A stretch of 46,414 nucleotides of DNA, from assembly GCA_905331295.1 (NCBI GenBank), contig CAJNYD010000471.1:1-46414 (forward strand). The letters are read 5' to 3'. Positions 11,924 to 23,500 of the stretch are shown one piece after another. Position numbers and translations under genes: made by a program. The number at the start of each line of letters is the position of its first letter. Position 1 is the first letter of the stretch. The notes under the pieces were generated by a model that saw only the letters and a list, made by a program, of their open reading frames with translations, was not told the origin of the DNA and did no database searches. This DNA is from Rotaria socialis. Lineage: Eukaryota.

Positions 11924-14900
11924 CTTATGTGTCTTTTTTTTAAATCTGCGATAAAGTTGTTTATCAATTTCATCCATTCGTTGAAGATGGGCTTTGGCTG
12001 CCATCAATGTTATATGCTGACGATTGATCATCTTCATCCGAATTCATAATCACCTAAATTGTTAACATAATTTACATGTATATATTATTAAATTTAAGTT
12101 CTTCTCGTGTCAAAAAGCGATCGTAGATCTAGTTTATTCAAAATGTTTAATAGCAGCTGAAAAACTATGATACAATTTTCAGCTGAATATCGTGTATTTC
12201 AGTGGAAATACTCACCGATAATAGATTTAAGAATCATTCGTTGGAAAACGCGAACTGTTCAGTTAGAAATCAGAACGACGTCTATTAGAATGATCAGGAT
12301 AAAACACTTAGTGACATGCGCTCTAAGTAATCAACACAGTTCGAATCTATTTCATTAATTATGAATTATGTGAATAAAATACCGTATCACATGTACGGAT
12401 ATATCTGTTTTCGACAAATAGTTGAAGATGTGTCCGATGAACTTTTACTTTTAGAGGAGATTGGAAAGAAACTATGAATCGTCAGGGTTGGTTTGGCTGA
12501 CTTTAACACGCAATCTAAAAATATTACTAAAATTCTGCTTTTGAGACTTTCTAGTCTTATTTTTCTACTTCAGTCATACGGAAAGGAAAAAATGTTATAT
12601 TACATGATCGAATATATGAGGATAATCTGACTCATCTATTTAAAGTTGGTACCATTTGCTTGCTTAAATATTTAGTCTTCTCTTCATTTCCGTCTATGTC
12701 CTTTTGCTTTATTCTTTTTGTGCGTCATAAAGCATCCGTGCTTTTCACTCATCAATCTTTTCATTTTGATTCTCAAGATATAGCTGTCGTTTTCTGAAAA
12801 AGCCTTTCAGTTTACTGTATTGCTCGGGAAACAACGGTAGGCTCAATAACAAAAAATAGCTATCTCCTTGTAGAAATGTTATTTGATCTAGATAATAATT
12901 AAAAAGCGGAATTGAAAAGTTTCTCATGACAATCAAATAATTGACTAAAATAAATTTCCTTCGAAACAACAGAGGTTAACATTTAAAAATGTATGAATGG
13001 AGAAACAGATTTAACATATTTTCCTGTCAAAAAGGATTTTAGCCATAAAAAAATTCATTCAGAAATAAAAAATATTACTTCGCATGAATTAATCTCAAAT
13101 TTGATTTTTCTAATGAAATTATAATCATAATACTTACATTTCCATCTTCATCATAATCAATACGTTTGTTAGCAAGTAAATTTTTCTTGCGTAACTGTTT
13201 AGCTAATTTAGCTTTTGTTAATTTTTTTTCTTTTTGTGATGACTCGGGTAAATCAATAACTGTTTGCTCAAGTGTGTTAGATGTCTTTTTGATTGTAAAC
13301 AAATCGTTATCATCGTCATCTTCGTCTTCAGTCTTGTCTTCTTCTTCGTGATTTTTATTATTATTGTTGTTTTCATTGGTTGATTGTTCTTGTTTTTGTC
13401 CTTTTTTGATAAAACGAACTTTTGGTGCAATTTCAAGGCCCAATGCACTATCATAGAAATAATATAGAATTTTTAAATTAAAAATAACTGTATCCTACCT
13501 AGCAAAAGCTTCTATATCAATTGATTTAACATCGAAGACTTTTCGGTTACCCATTAGAATAAGTGAACGAAGATAAGATGTAAATGCCTATAAATTTAAA
13601 CGAATACTGAGATCTTATCTTTGCAATACTGCAGCTCGCCTTACTCTTTTTGCTTCTTCTTTAAGTTCTGGAAATTAGGCACAAAGTGCTTGAAGCTTTG
13701 GTGTTAAATCATGAATGTAATTTGGATTAACTCTGCAATCATAAATCATTCGTATCAAAACTTTGATATGAACACTTCTATTTTTACATACTCAATTTTT
13801 TTTATAGGAACTTTTTTATCTTCTAATTGTTTAATCATTCCTTGCTCTTCACGAGGAGTTAGAATCAATAAAGCTTCTCCGCCATGCTGAAATCTATTTT
13901 TAAAGAGATGAAAAATTACATATGAATTCATTGATATTCTTATTTTACCGTGCAGTTCGTCCAACTCGATGAATGCATGTATTAGCATCAGCAGGGCAAT
14001 CAAATTGAATAACCCAATTAATAGAAGGAAAATCTAAAGTTATCTATAAATACCAATCTCGGTTTTGTAAATTTATTTACCTAATCCTCTTGCAGCAATA
14101 TCAGTTGCAAATAAACATGCATATTGTTTTCGACAAAATTCATCATATACTGACATTCGTTTCATTTGATTCATCGTACCATATAATGCAAGTACTGGTA
14201 AACCGGGACGAAGTTTGCACACAACATTATAGAGAAATTTCACTTAGAAATAAAATAACTAGAATTAAAAATTGACATTCTTTCAAAATTCAAAGTATGA
14301 AGAAAGCGATTTATGCCAGGGATACGCATTGGATTGAACACTGGAATATTTATGATGAAATAGGTGCAATAGAAAATTTTTTAGGCGAAAAGAATCCATC
14401 TATGAACTTCTTTATTTTCTTCTGTAATTGCCGAATCGCTTAGGATAGTCAGAGTTCTGTACTGAAACTAAGATTATATCAATTTAATCTTGATGAAGTG
14501 AATTATTAATTTTATTTGCATCGAGATGTGCTAGTTGATTAGTATTATGTGCAATAATGCGCATGGAGAAAACAGCTTGATATGAAGCTATTAGATTTCT
14601 TATAACCAGTGGCCTAGTGAAGATTTTAAAAATATTCAACGATATTACAGAAAGATAGTTTCTATAAACATTTTTATCATCAGAAAAATGATTCTTGAAC
14701 TTCTCCATTAATGAAAAGATGATTGTTCGTTTCTATATTCCTATTCAATCATCAACGTTAATAGTTCACTAAAAGTTCAGCAAAACTAAAGTCTACAGCA
14801 TGATTAACTCATGTTTTTCAGTTTGCTGTATTTCGACGAAACAGCGAAAGTATTTAAGGCCTATATGATTTAGTAGAGCATTGATTACTTTATATAAATG

Positions 14901-17793
14901 TGTAGTTCTCAATTGACTTAGTTTGCATTTTAATAAGAAAAGCAGACATTTTCTAAAAATAGTTAAATACAAATGTTGCATGCGTATATTTCACTCAGAT
15001 CAAATCCATTTGTTGTAGAAAATTTCTAAGATGAAAGATATCCACTTAACTTAAGGTTGTACGAAGTATTGAATGAAACTGTTTTAAACTTGAGAAGGGA
15101 ATAAAGCTTTACTGTTGAAATTGTAGATACATTTGCAATACTAGATTTTTGATACTATTGGCACGATCTCAAATTTATCCATAAAACCTTATGACTAAAA
15201 CAGATTAAAAATAGATGAATCAATACAGTAAATGCTGCTTGATTCAACCATATATTGATTGGAAAGATTAATGATTAGACGACTTTAATTTACTCGACAA
15301 GAATCATTGATTTAAGGTTGAACAGACGTTCACTTAATTTTTAGTTAAACTAAGGAATAAAATGGGCAAAAAGTAGAAAATTTTATAGAAAAATGAATTA
15401 TCTATCGAGCTATATCAAGTTACAAATGTTTCTTTGTTCAATACATCATAATCACTCGCAGTATTTGAGAAAAATGTACAAATTTCAAAGAAAAAAAGCT
15501 TTTTGTGTGCTGCTCGAAATTGACTCCCTTTCTTATTCAGGTACAAAATAAACCAATGGAGAACTACACAGTTAGATAGAGTAATCAATGCTGTACTAAA
15601 TCATATAGACCTTAAATACTTCCGCTGTTTCGTAGAAATACAACAAACTGAAAAAAAAGAGTAAAAATAAATGGATCATGTTGTAATACAGTTGGATTTT
15701 CGAGGTATTTACAATAATTCAATATACACGTAGTATATACATCTCAATTCGAAGGTTAAAGATATTTTTATTAGTATTAATCGCAATCATAAAACTTACG
15801 AATTAAACTCCTGATATTCGAAAAAAGATAGTAGTCTCATATCCATCCTTATATTACTATTTTTGCACGATATAACTTAGAAAATGAACTGTACCTGTTT
15901 ACAACTTTGAATGAAAACAATCATTTTCGATTTCAGATGATTTTTAATAAATGACCATAATAGACCAACTTTTTGTGGTACTTCACAAACGATATAACTC
16001 TGAACAAAAATTATGAGATTATTCTTTATATTTGATATAGTTTAGTTTTACTTGTGTTAGATTTATTGGTGTACTTGTATTTGCTTTTTCATGAACAGAT
16101 ATATAAACCGGTTTTTCTAAGCTTACTAAAGCTAATTCACGTATTGATCTATAAAATGAATGGAAATAAATAGCTATGTCGAATAAAAAAAAGTTGTGCT
16201 GTTTATTTACTTTGTTGGTGTAGCAGAAAATAACATTGTTTGTCGTTCTTTGGGTAAATTAGATACAATAGATTTCATGGTTTCAGCAAAACCCATATCT
16301 AATGTACGATCAGCTTCATCAATAACTATTTGAAAGAAAAATGTTTTTTTAACACCAATAAGAATGATGAGTTTTTACTAAGCATTTTTAAATTTTCACA
16401 TGAAAAATTCCATGTTTCATCAAAATGTTGTAGCAATCGACCAGGTGTACAAACAATTATATTTGTACGACTAATACGCTCTTGTTCACCTTTTAAGTCC
16501 TTTTAAATAAAATGATATTCAAAAGAATATTTATGAAGAATGGAATAAAAAATGCCTCCTCGTCCACCAATAATCAATCCAGCTGAAAAATCATGAAATT
16601 GACCGATCTTTTTTAAGACTTCAAATGTTTGATATGCAAGTTCACGAGTAGGTGATATTATTAAAATGCCAAGACCATCATTGATCGTCCATCGAGCTCG
16701 ACAAAGACATTCAATAACCTATATTATAATTTATTAATAATTATTATCCTATCATGCAGGTCTTAGTACAATTCCTATCAGATTAAAATGTAAACGATGA
16801 AGTAAAATTTTATTTTATCGATTTTTCTGGTACATGTCTTCATATAATGCCCTCAATTACTCATCTAGATATGCGAAACGGAAATGATAGTCTTAGAGAC
16901 TATGTTTAAGCGGTCTCTGCTGACCCAAATTTGTAACCTAACACAACGTGCAATCAATGAATGTCCCCCACAAATCATCTTAAGCAAGTTCACGCACTAG
17001 TCCGAATATTCAATCTTTGATGTTTCAGGAGTAATGATTCAAACTCTAGTAAAATAAAATATTTGATACAATAGTCTGACGGTTTGAACCAAATCACAGT
17101 TTCAGCTACCATTAATACACGGATTTCTACTGACTGTGCCTACCAGATACTCTGAGTTCCTGCACAATGCTATTGTTCCTAAACTAATTTTTGGATTTTG
17201 ATTTGCGATTATATTTAAAAGCTTTTGGATTGTTAGAGAGATCACTTCTCAATATGGATTTATCCCTTATTCAATCAGTGAAACGAAGAATTGTTTGTTT
17301 TGAATTAACATACACTTAAATGTAACCTGTCTTATAATAATTAATTTAACGTTCTAAATAAATCCTATTACAAAAAAAGGCAATGACGTACTGGAATAAG
17401 AAATGAGAGAGTTTTTCCTGAACCGGTCATTGCTGCTCCAAGAATGTCATGACCTTGTAATACAACTCCAATAGCTTCACGTTGAATGTCAGTTGGATTG
17501 ATAAAATCAGCTTCAGCTAAACCTGAAACAAACTCGAATGAATAACAAAGATTAAAAAAGAATCAATTTTTACCATCAAGAGTTTTTTGAGTCAATGGAA
17601 AATCTTTAAAAGTTGCAATTGATCCAGGATCAATCTAAATAAATAGTTATAAACAATTGAAATTTTCCAAATAATCTATAGTTCATACTTGATCATATTG
17701 CTTTGTCAATTGTTGAATTTCTTTATCATTTTTTTTCCATTGTGGAATGCGTACTGAATAATTTTTTATTTTAATTTTCTGATTTGGACGCAT
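11924..17793 (-). pseudogene. DDX10: DEAD-box RNA helicase DDX10/DBP4, multi-exon, disrupted
   Basis: Exons: 17689-17793, 17574-17634, 17392-17522, 16560-16718, 16379-16499, 16211-16325, 16052-16148, 15895-15999, 14081-14243, 13949-14033, 13792-13893, 13645-13732, 13499-13587, 13138-13447, 11924-12053. Motifs: Q motif [57 protein letters not shown], and DBP4-type LWSFIKNH / KLRPG. Lesions: TAA at 13675-13677, GG donor at 16559-16558, AA acceptor at 14245-14244, frameshift near 12002. Confidence 0.88.
14796..15683. mobile_element. Tc1/mariner-type non-autonomous element with long (~150 bp) diverged TIRs, inside a DDX10 intron
   Basis: 14796-14948 is the reverse complement of ~15521-15683 (e.g. 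TTTTCAGTTTG(C/T)TGTATTTC(G/T)ACGAAACAGCG...TATATGATTTAGTA). Ends are TA|CAGCATGAT ... ATCATGTTG|TA (TA TSD). Confidence 0.75.
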
Positions 17794-17933
17794 CTGAAAA
17801 CAATGAAAAACATAATAAAACATTTACAAAGAGTTGAAGAATATCAAGCAAAAATATCTATTAACAAAAACAAATACTTATAAGATAATAGCCATTGCGA
17901 AAGAGTCCGACCCGATTATCGATCGATTGGTAC

Positions 17934-18276
17934 CCCAGGACGAACAATCCGATACCTGGATCCAACCGGACTCGATTGAATTTCGATCGGTTCCTGCAGG
18001 ATTCTAAGCAAATTCGGGTTGCGGACCCATTCACGGATCCCTAGTGTTGGAATCCGATCGATTCTTGCGGGAACCAGTGAAAACCCGATAGGTTTCTTTA
18101 GGATCTCGTTGGAATCCGACTTCTAAAATTCCTATCGAATTCGGTTGTTGGATTTGGTCGGATGTTCACCGGATTCCAACACTAGGGATCCGTTAGTAGT
18201 TCCTCAACCCGGAATCTCATGGGTCTTTGTCGGCTTGTCGGATTTTATAAGATCCGATCGAATGCATTCGCCTGGG
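17934..18276 (+). mobile_element. CCCAGG-terminus MITE (CMC/CACTA-like, 2-bp TSD)
   Basis: CCCAGGACGAA ... TTCGCCTGGG flanked by AC on both sides; rich in ATCCGA/TCGGAT motifs; a second inverted copy lies at ~41649-41899. Confidence 0.75.
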
Positions 18277-18516
18277 ACTGGGACGTGAATTGGTGAGTGA
18301 AAGCAGGGAGGGAAACGTAATCGATGTTGAAATGCACCAATGAAAGTGGGACGTTTAAAATGTTCTAGTATAAAAGAATGACAATATAAATTAATAAAAA
18401 TCGATTTTCTTTTAATCTATTTTTTAAGCGAAGTTTACGCGAAAGATGGCGCCATATTTCACTTCTATCACATATAAGATTATATAGCTAGCAGCTTATT
18501 CCATGGCTAATAGTAT

Positions 18517-18686
18517 CCCAGGTCCAAGCAATCGGCCCGGAATACTGCTTCGAGGGTCCGGTGATATCAGGCGTTTTCCTGCACGTTTCGGTGCGTTTCC
18601 TGCACGTTTCGGTGCGTTTCCTGCATGTTCCTGGTCGGTTCCAATTAAATCCGCTCATTTCGGGAGGCCGAAAACATCGTCCTGGG
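18517..18686. mobile_element. CCCAGG-terminus MITE with an internal 21-bp tandem repeat
   Basis: CCCAGG...CCTGGG with AT TSD (18515-18516 and 18687-18688); GCGTTTCCTGCACGTTTCGGT repeated about 2.7 times. Confidence 0.75.
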
Positions 18687-19061
18687 ATAATGAGATCAAC
18701 CAAACAATAAATTGCGTCAACTGAATTCTTGTATCGCTTTTGTCGATGCCACTCTATTGTATTGTAAAACAAGACAATCTTGATAGAATGAAATCAATCA
18801 TTTTTGATTGAATACAATCATACGCCACTTTATATTTTGATTTAAGAGACTGTATAGAGAATCTGTTTCTCCCGATATAGAATTTGTTTAGAAGAAAAGG
18901 ATATACATATTGTACTATGCTCAATATAATGATACTTTATTTTCAATATATATGACTTTGTTTAAAAAAAACCAAAGTCTACCGTATTCTTTTATTTCAG
19001 GGCAGGATGGAAAGTAAAATCCCAAAGCAAACGCTTAAAATTGAAACTACGCAACCAGAAA

Positions 19062-19142
19062 AAGTATACATAGAAATACATAGAAATACACAGAAAGTAT
19101 TTCGAAATAGATGGAAATACAGAAATCCGCTTTTCCCCCTTG
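19062..19142 (-). mobile_element. Truncated copy of the 9702-9812 MITE family
   Basis: The reverse complement CAAGGGGGAAAAGCGGATTTCTGTATTTCCATCTATTTCGAAATACTTTCTGTGTATTTCTATGTATTT matches 9702-9770 with few mismatches. Confidence 0.75.
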
Positions 19143-19742
19143 TCAATAGATCAAATTCTATATGTGATGTATGACAAAAATCAAGGTAATCGTCAATTGA
19201 CGGATACGTTTTAAAACGTAGAACAATCTGGAAACTTTGCTTTATTAGAGACATCGAATTATATCTTCAATAGATCATGCAACTTTATACATATAAATAA
19301 CTATGCCTAGTCTACTGAATATTTTTAGTACGATAATATTATTATTTCACCATAATTTAACAGGAATAAAAAAAAACAATCCGTAGACATTTAATGAAAT
19401 TTTTCATAAAATACTCTTCTGATAGAATGTAATATTTTAAAGTGACTTCGATAGCTGTTAACATTTCACTATTGCATAAATCAAGAAAATCCTATGAAAA
19501 AAATGTCATTTTTAATTTCAATTTCGATTATTACAACTCATTGATTCCAATCATTCGATTCTATAGTAATCATATTTAGGGATACTTTTGATCAGTCTCA
19601 ACATAATTTTATAGATTGCCAAAAATCAGCCACTAACGTTTATTATATGACACAATCTATATTTTGAGAAAAAATGATGTATTTTTATTTCAATCAAAAG
19701 ATAAAATCAATCCTAATTCATCAACATAAACCTACTCTTCTT

Positions 19743-20240
19743 TCAAGCTAAGAATAATACCATCGGAAGAACGTCAGAGCCAAATTGTGGCAATTCGTCC
19801 ATATAACCGGGCTGATAAAATTGTTTCCTGAAACCTGCTTTTTGATACATTCCAATAGCTTTTTTATTATCGTATTCCGTATGCAAATATATAAATCTAT
19901 ATTTATGACTACTAGACCATATTATAATGCTTTCTAATAAGCGTTTACCAATTCCACGACCTTGTGCTGATTGTGTTATTCCAAATAGCATAATGTAAAG
20001 TCCACGATTGGATCCCACATCAGTAATCAACGCACATCCAATACATTTACCATTTTCATATGCGCACCAAATATGATTAGCACTAGCAATCGTTTCATAT
20101 AAACTAGCATATGTATAATATTTACCAAATAATGGAAATAGAACATCTGCTAATTGGCATAATGGATAATTACGATTATAAGAAATTCCAGTTGATCCTA
20201 AAAAAGTTGGAATCCTCTGTGATGGCAATAGAAGTTTCAT
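19743..20240 (-). CDS. GNAT-family N-acetyltransferase (RimI-like), intronless, 165 aa
   Basis: Acetyl-CoA-binding motif A, AQGRGIGKRLL, and motif B, IYLHTEYDNKKAIGMYQKAGF. Confidence 0.85.
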   Translation of the reverse strand: MKLLLPSQRIPTFLGSTGISYNRNYPLCQLADVLFPLFGKYYTYASLYETIASANHIWCAYENGKCIGCALITDVGSNRGLYIMLFGITQSAQGRGIGKRLLESIIIWSSSHKYRFIYLHTEYDNKKAIGMYQKAGFRKQFYQPGYMDELPQFGSDVLPMVLFLA

Positions 20241-20543
20241 TAGTATCGATCAATAAAAAGTACTGACTAAAATAATATATTTTTTTGTTTTGATTTTCTT
20301 GTTTCGTACCGTATAATTATCATACGATGCATAGGTAAATGACACTCTACATGTGCTTATGAGAAGCGAATATTCGTTTTTTTATTGTATTTGTTTCGAG
20401 AATCGGAAAAGAAACATTATGTTCTCGTGTCAATGGATAAGAAGAAAAAAAAGAATGCTAAAGGTATTTCACTCATGTTTTTCATTTACAAAAGCAAATT
20501 TCATTAAATTAATAAGAAAAAAGTCAACTTTTTTTAATTTTAA

Positions 20544-23500
20544 TTAAGATATAAAATTGTAGTCAATGTCTTTCTGATCAATTAATTGCAAATGTATGAC
20601 TGTTATATTATTCGTTTTGTCTAATTTCTCAATATATTGAAGACGAAATAAACTTCCCATAGCAAATAAAACTTCATCTTCATCACTAAACATTGAATAA
20701 TTCGAAATGTTCGCATACGGTCGTTTATGCTGAACCGATGGATCTGTTTCGATACAAAATAAGACTTGAACAAAATCATCGGTGTCTGATGATACAGCGA
20801 TAAATGCAAGTGCTATTTGTAATGATGTGGTTGTAGATAAAAATGTATTGATTGATATTATATCGCCTGTACGTTTTTTAAAACAGTCGAATTCAGTTTT
20901 TGACATCAATTGACCGCGATAAAGTTTTTCTTTGAAAGGTGAGACATCAAATGTATGCACTTGTTTTTCTAGGCCGTCAAGTTGTAAATAAAGGTCAACA
21001 AGAAAATATCGCATTTTAAACATCATTTCAGCATCACTTGATCGAAGTGCTTTACTAATTATACGAAATAGAAATGAATCACGCGAATACCATTGGATAG
21101 CAGTATGAGCATTATAAGTTTGCTCGAACATATCTATGTAAACAAGAGCTGCTTCATTGTCTTGATTTAGGCGGCGAAATTCTGCAATCATTTCATAGCG
21201 CGATTCATCTGTGTGTGGTAAACAAAGAAGAGTGTCTATGGTACGTTGATGAGCGATGAATATATCAGCTTGCTCTTGATTGTAGACCGTAATAGGTATG
21301 GAAAACAATGTTTGATCATAAAATTCTTCATGACAAGTCTAAAGTTAAGCACGATATTATAAATCACAAATAAGAACGTGATGTATATCTATGGTATATT
21401 ATTCTGACTAATAAAAATTTGAAACGATTCGAATCTACAAATATAGTGACATAAATCATTGGTCACAGTCTAGAAGCTTTTACGGTCAAAGTATTCTTTT
21501 TGACTTACTTTATCTATTGTTTAATCGTACGTAGGTGCTCTATGTCACTATGAATAAAATTTCAACGATTTTCTTTTACGAATAAATTCTCTTTTGATAT
21601 TTAGTAATGAATAGAAAACACTATAAAACAACGCACATTCATAGTAGTAGTGTAAACTATAGACATCTTCATTCGACATAGATACGTTTACTGGATTGTG
21701 TATTCACTCCGATTGATCATCACTCTATGTTTCTTTTTTTTTACCTTATTACTATATACAAAAACATACACTGTGATCGATAAAGAATAAATACGAATCG
21801 ATGATATATTAAAATGTTAAAAGCCAATTTGTATTTGTTTTAATAGCTAAACTCAATTTGAATGTGATTCTAAAAAAATACATGTTTATTGCGTTATGAT
21901 GAATATTCACTACATAGACATGATCTGATGCAAATTTTCGTTATAAAAATATGTTTCAAGATTACTGATTAGTGTTTGCCTTGCGAAAAGAAAAACTTCT
22001 ATAGTGGATTTTTAATGAAACAAAAATAACATGGTAAATTATAAAAATTACTATGCCGAGCGTTTATCTTTACTTGCAAAAATAGATTGTTATGCATAAA
22101 TTGACTCCGTCATTCACCTGTGTCCTAATCATCAACTTGTTATTTATGATTAAAGAAAGAAAAGAAATGAATGCATCTTTGTCAATATTTCATATTGTGA
22201 TGATTAACGACTTCAAAAACGAATATTAACTGCTTTGTTTGCAATCATTGAGCATATTGTAAGTTACAAAACATTCTATTTTCTTTACTCACAGTTATTT
22301 TAGGTTGTAATTGGCCATCGTTGCTATTTTTGTCATCGCATTGACGTACTAATTGTATGTTTTGTTTTAATTTTTCTTCTAATGCCGAAGAATCGTTAAA
22401 AACTCCTTTTATTTGATGATAGAATTTTGTCCAATTCCCATGAATACCAATTTGAGAGCAATAAACATAGACGAATCGAATCGCTGACATGAAACCAAAA
22501 GATGCCAGAAATAATTCATAACCGAGAGTGCCTGACACAACTAGAAAGATTTCATTTTGTTGACGCAATTGATGTTCAATGTATTGGAAACATTCTGATA
22601 TATCTCTGAAGAAGCACCACTGGCATGGTTTAATTATTTCATAGAGACTACTGTCTACTGAATTTAAAATATCATCAAGCCAAATAAATGACATTCCTCT
22701 AGGCTTTGAAATTTGATGATATCTAAAGGATGATGGATTTTGAATGCAACATTTAGAGAGAGCTATATTGCCGGATATTTTCTTTTGGTCGATTTTATCA
22801 ACTAATTTTGACGGTGTTTCAGGCTATTTCAAAAGCAAATCTTATAGGATAAACAAATATCAAAGAGAGTTTGTTTTACCTCTAATGAAAAATATCCCTC
22901 ATGAATACATCTATCATACCAATCAAATATTTCTGCTGTTATTTCATTTTCGCGATGGCTTAATGTTTTAGAAGCTCGACGCAGAGCGGATTGAAATCGA
23001 AGATTTTTATCTAGACCAGTTAAATTCACCGGAGCTATACGTTTAACTTGCCAGTTGCATCCAAATTTAGGTCCGATATTCCATTTGATTTCATCATCAA
23101 TATATTCATTTTCGATGAATGCACACCAACTATCTTCATCTTCCATGACATGAGTTTCACGACTTATCATCAGACTGCTCCATCCACTTGAGATGAATTC
23201 TTCATTGCCGTATAAATATAATCGTAACGGGGATAATCGTTTAAGTAATTCGCAGATATACTTTGGATCTTCATGATTGAATAGAGCTTCAGAATAGGGA
23301 AGCAGACATGAACGTTGTTCGTCCGTCGAAGGAATATATTTATCGAGTGTCCGAATTATTACAGAAGAATAATTTAATTGGTTACCTGTAGATTACAAAT
23401 AGAATTCATAAAACTGCTTATCTATATGTCTCAGACAATGAACTAGAATCTATGAACTTTTAGATTATTCACTAAAACTTTTTCATCATACTACGAAGTG

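Noticed and set aside
12660..12969. K/E-rich minus-strand stretch as an extra DDX10 exon
   Set aside because: Multiple stops in the frames examined; exon 13138-13447 already splices in phase to 11924-12053.
18488..18772. ORFs with repeated TCRKRTE / FPARFGA peptides
   Set aside because: Translations of the 21-bp tandem repeat in the 18517-18686 MITE.
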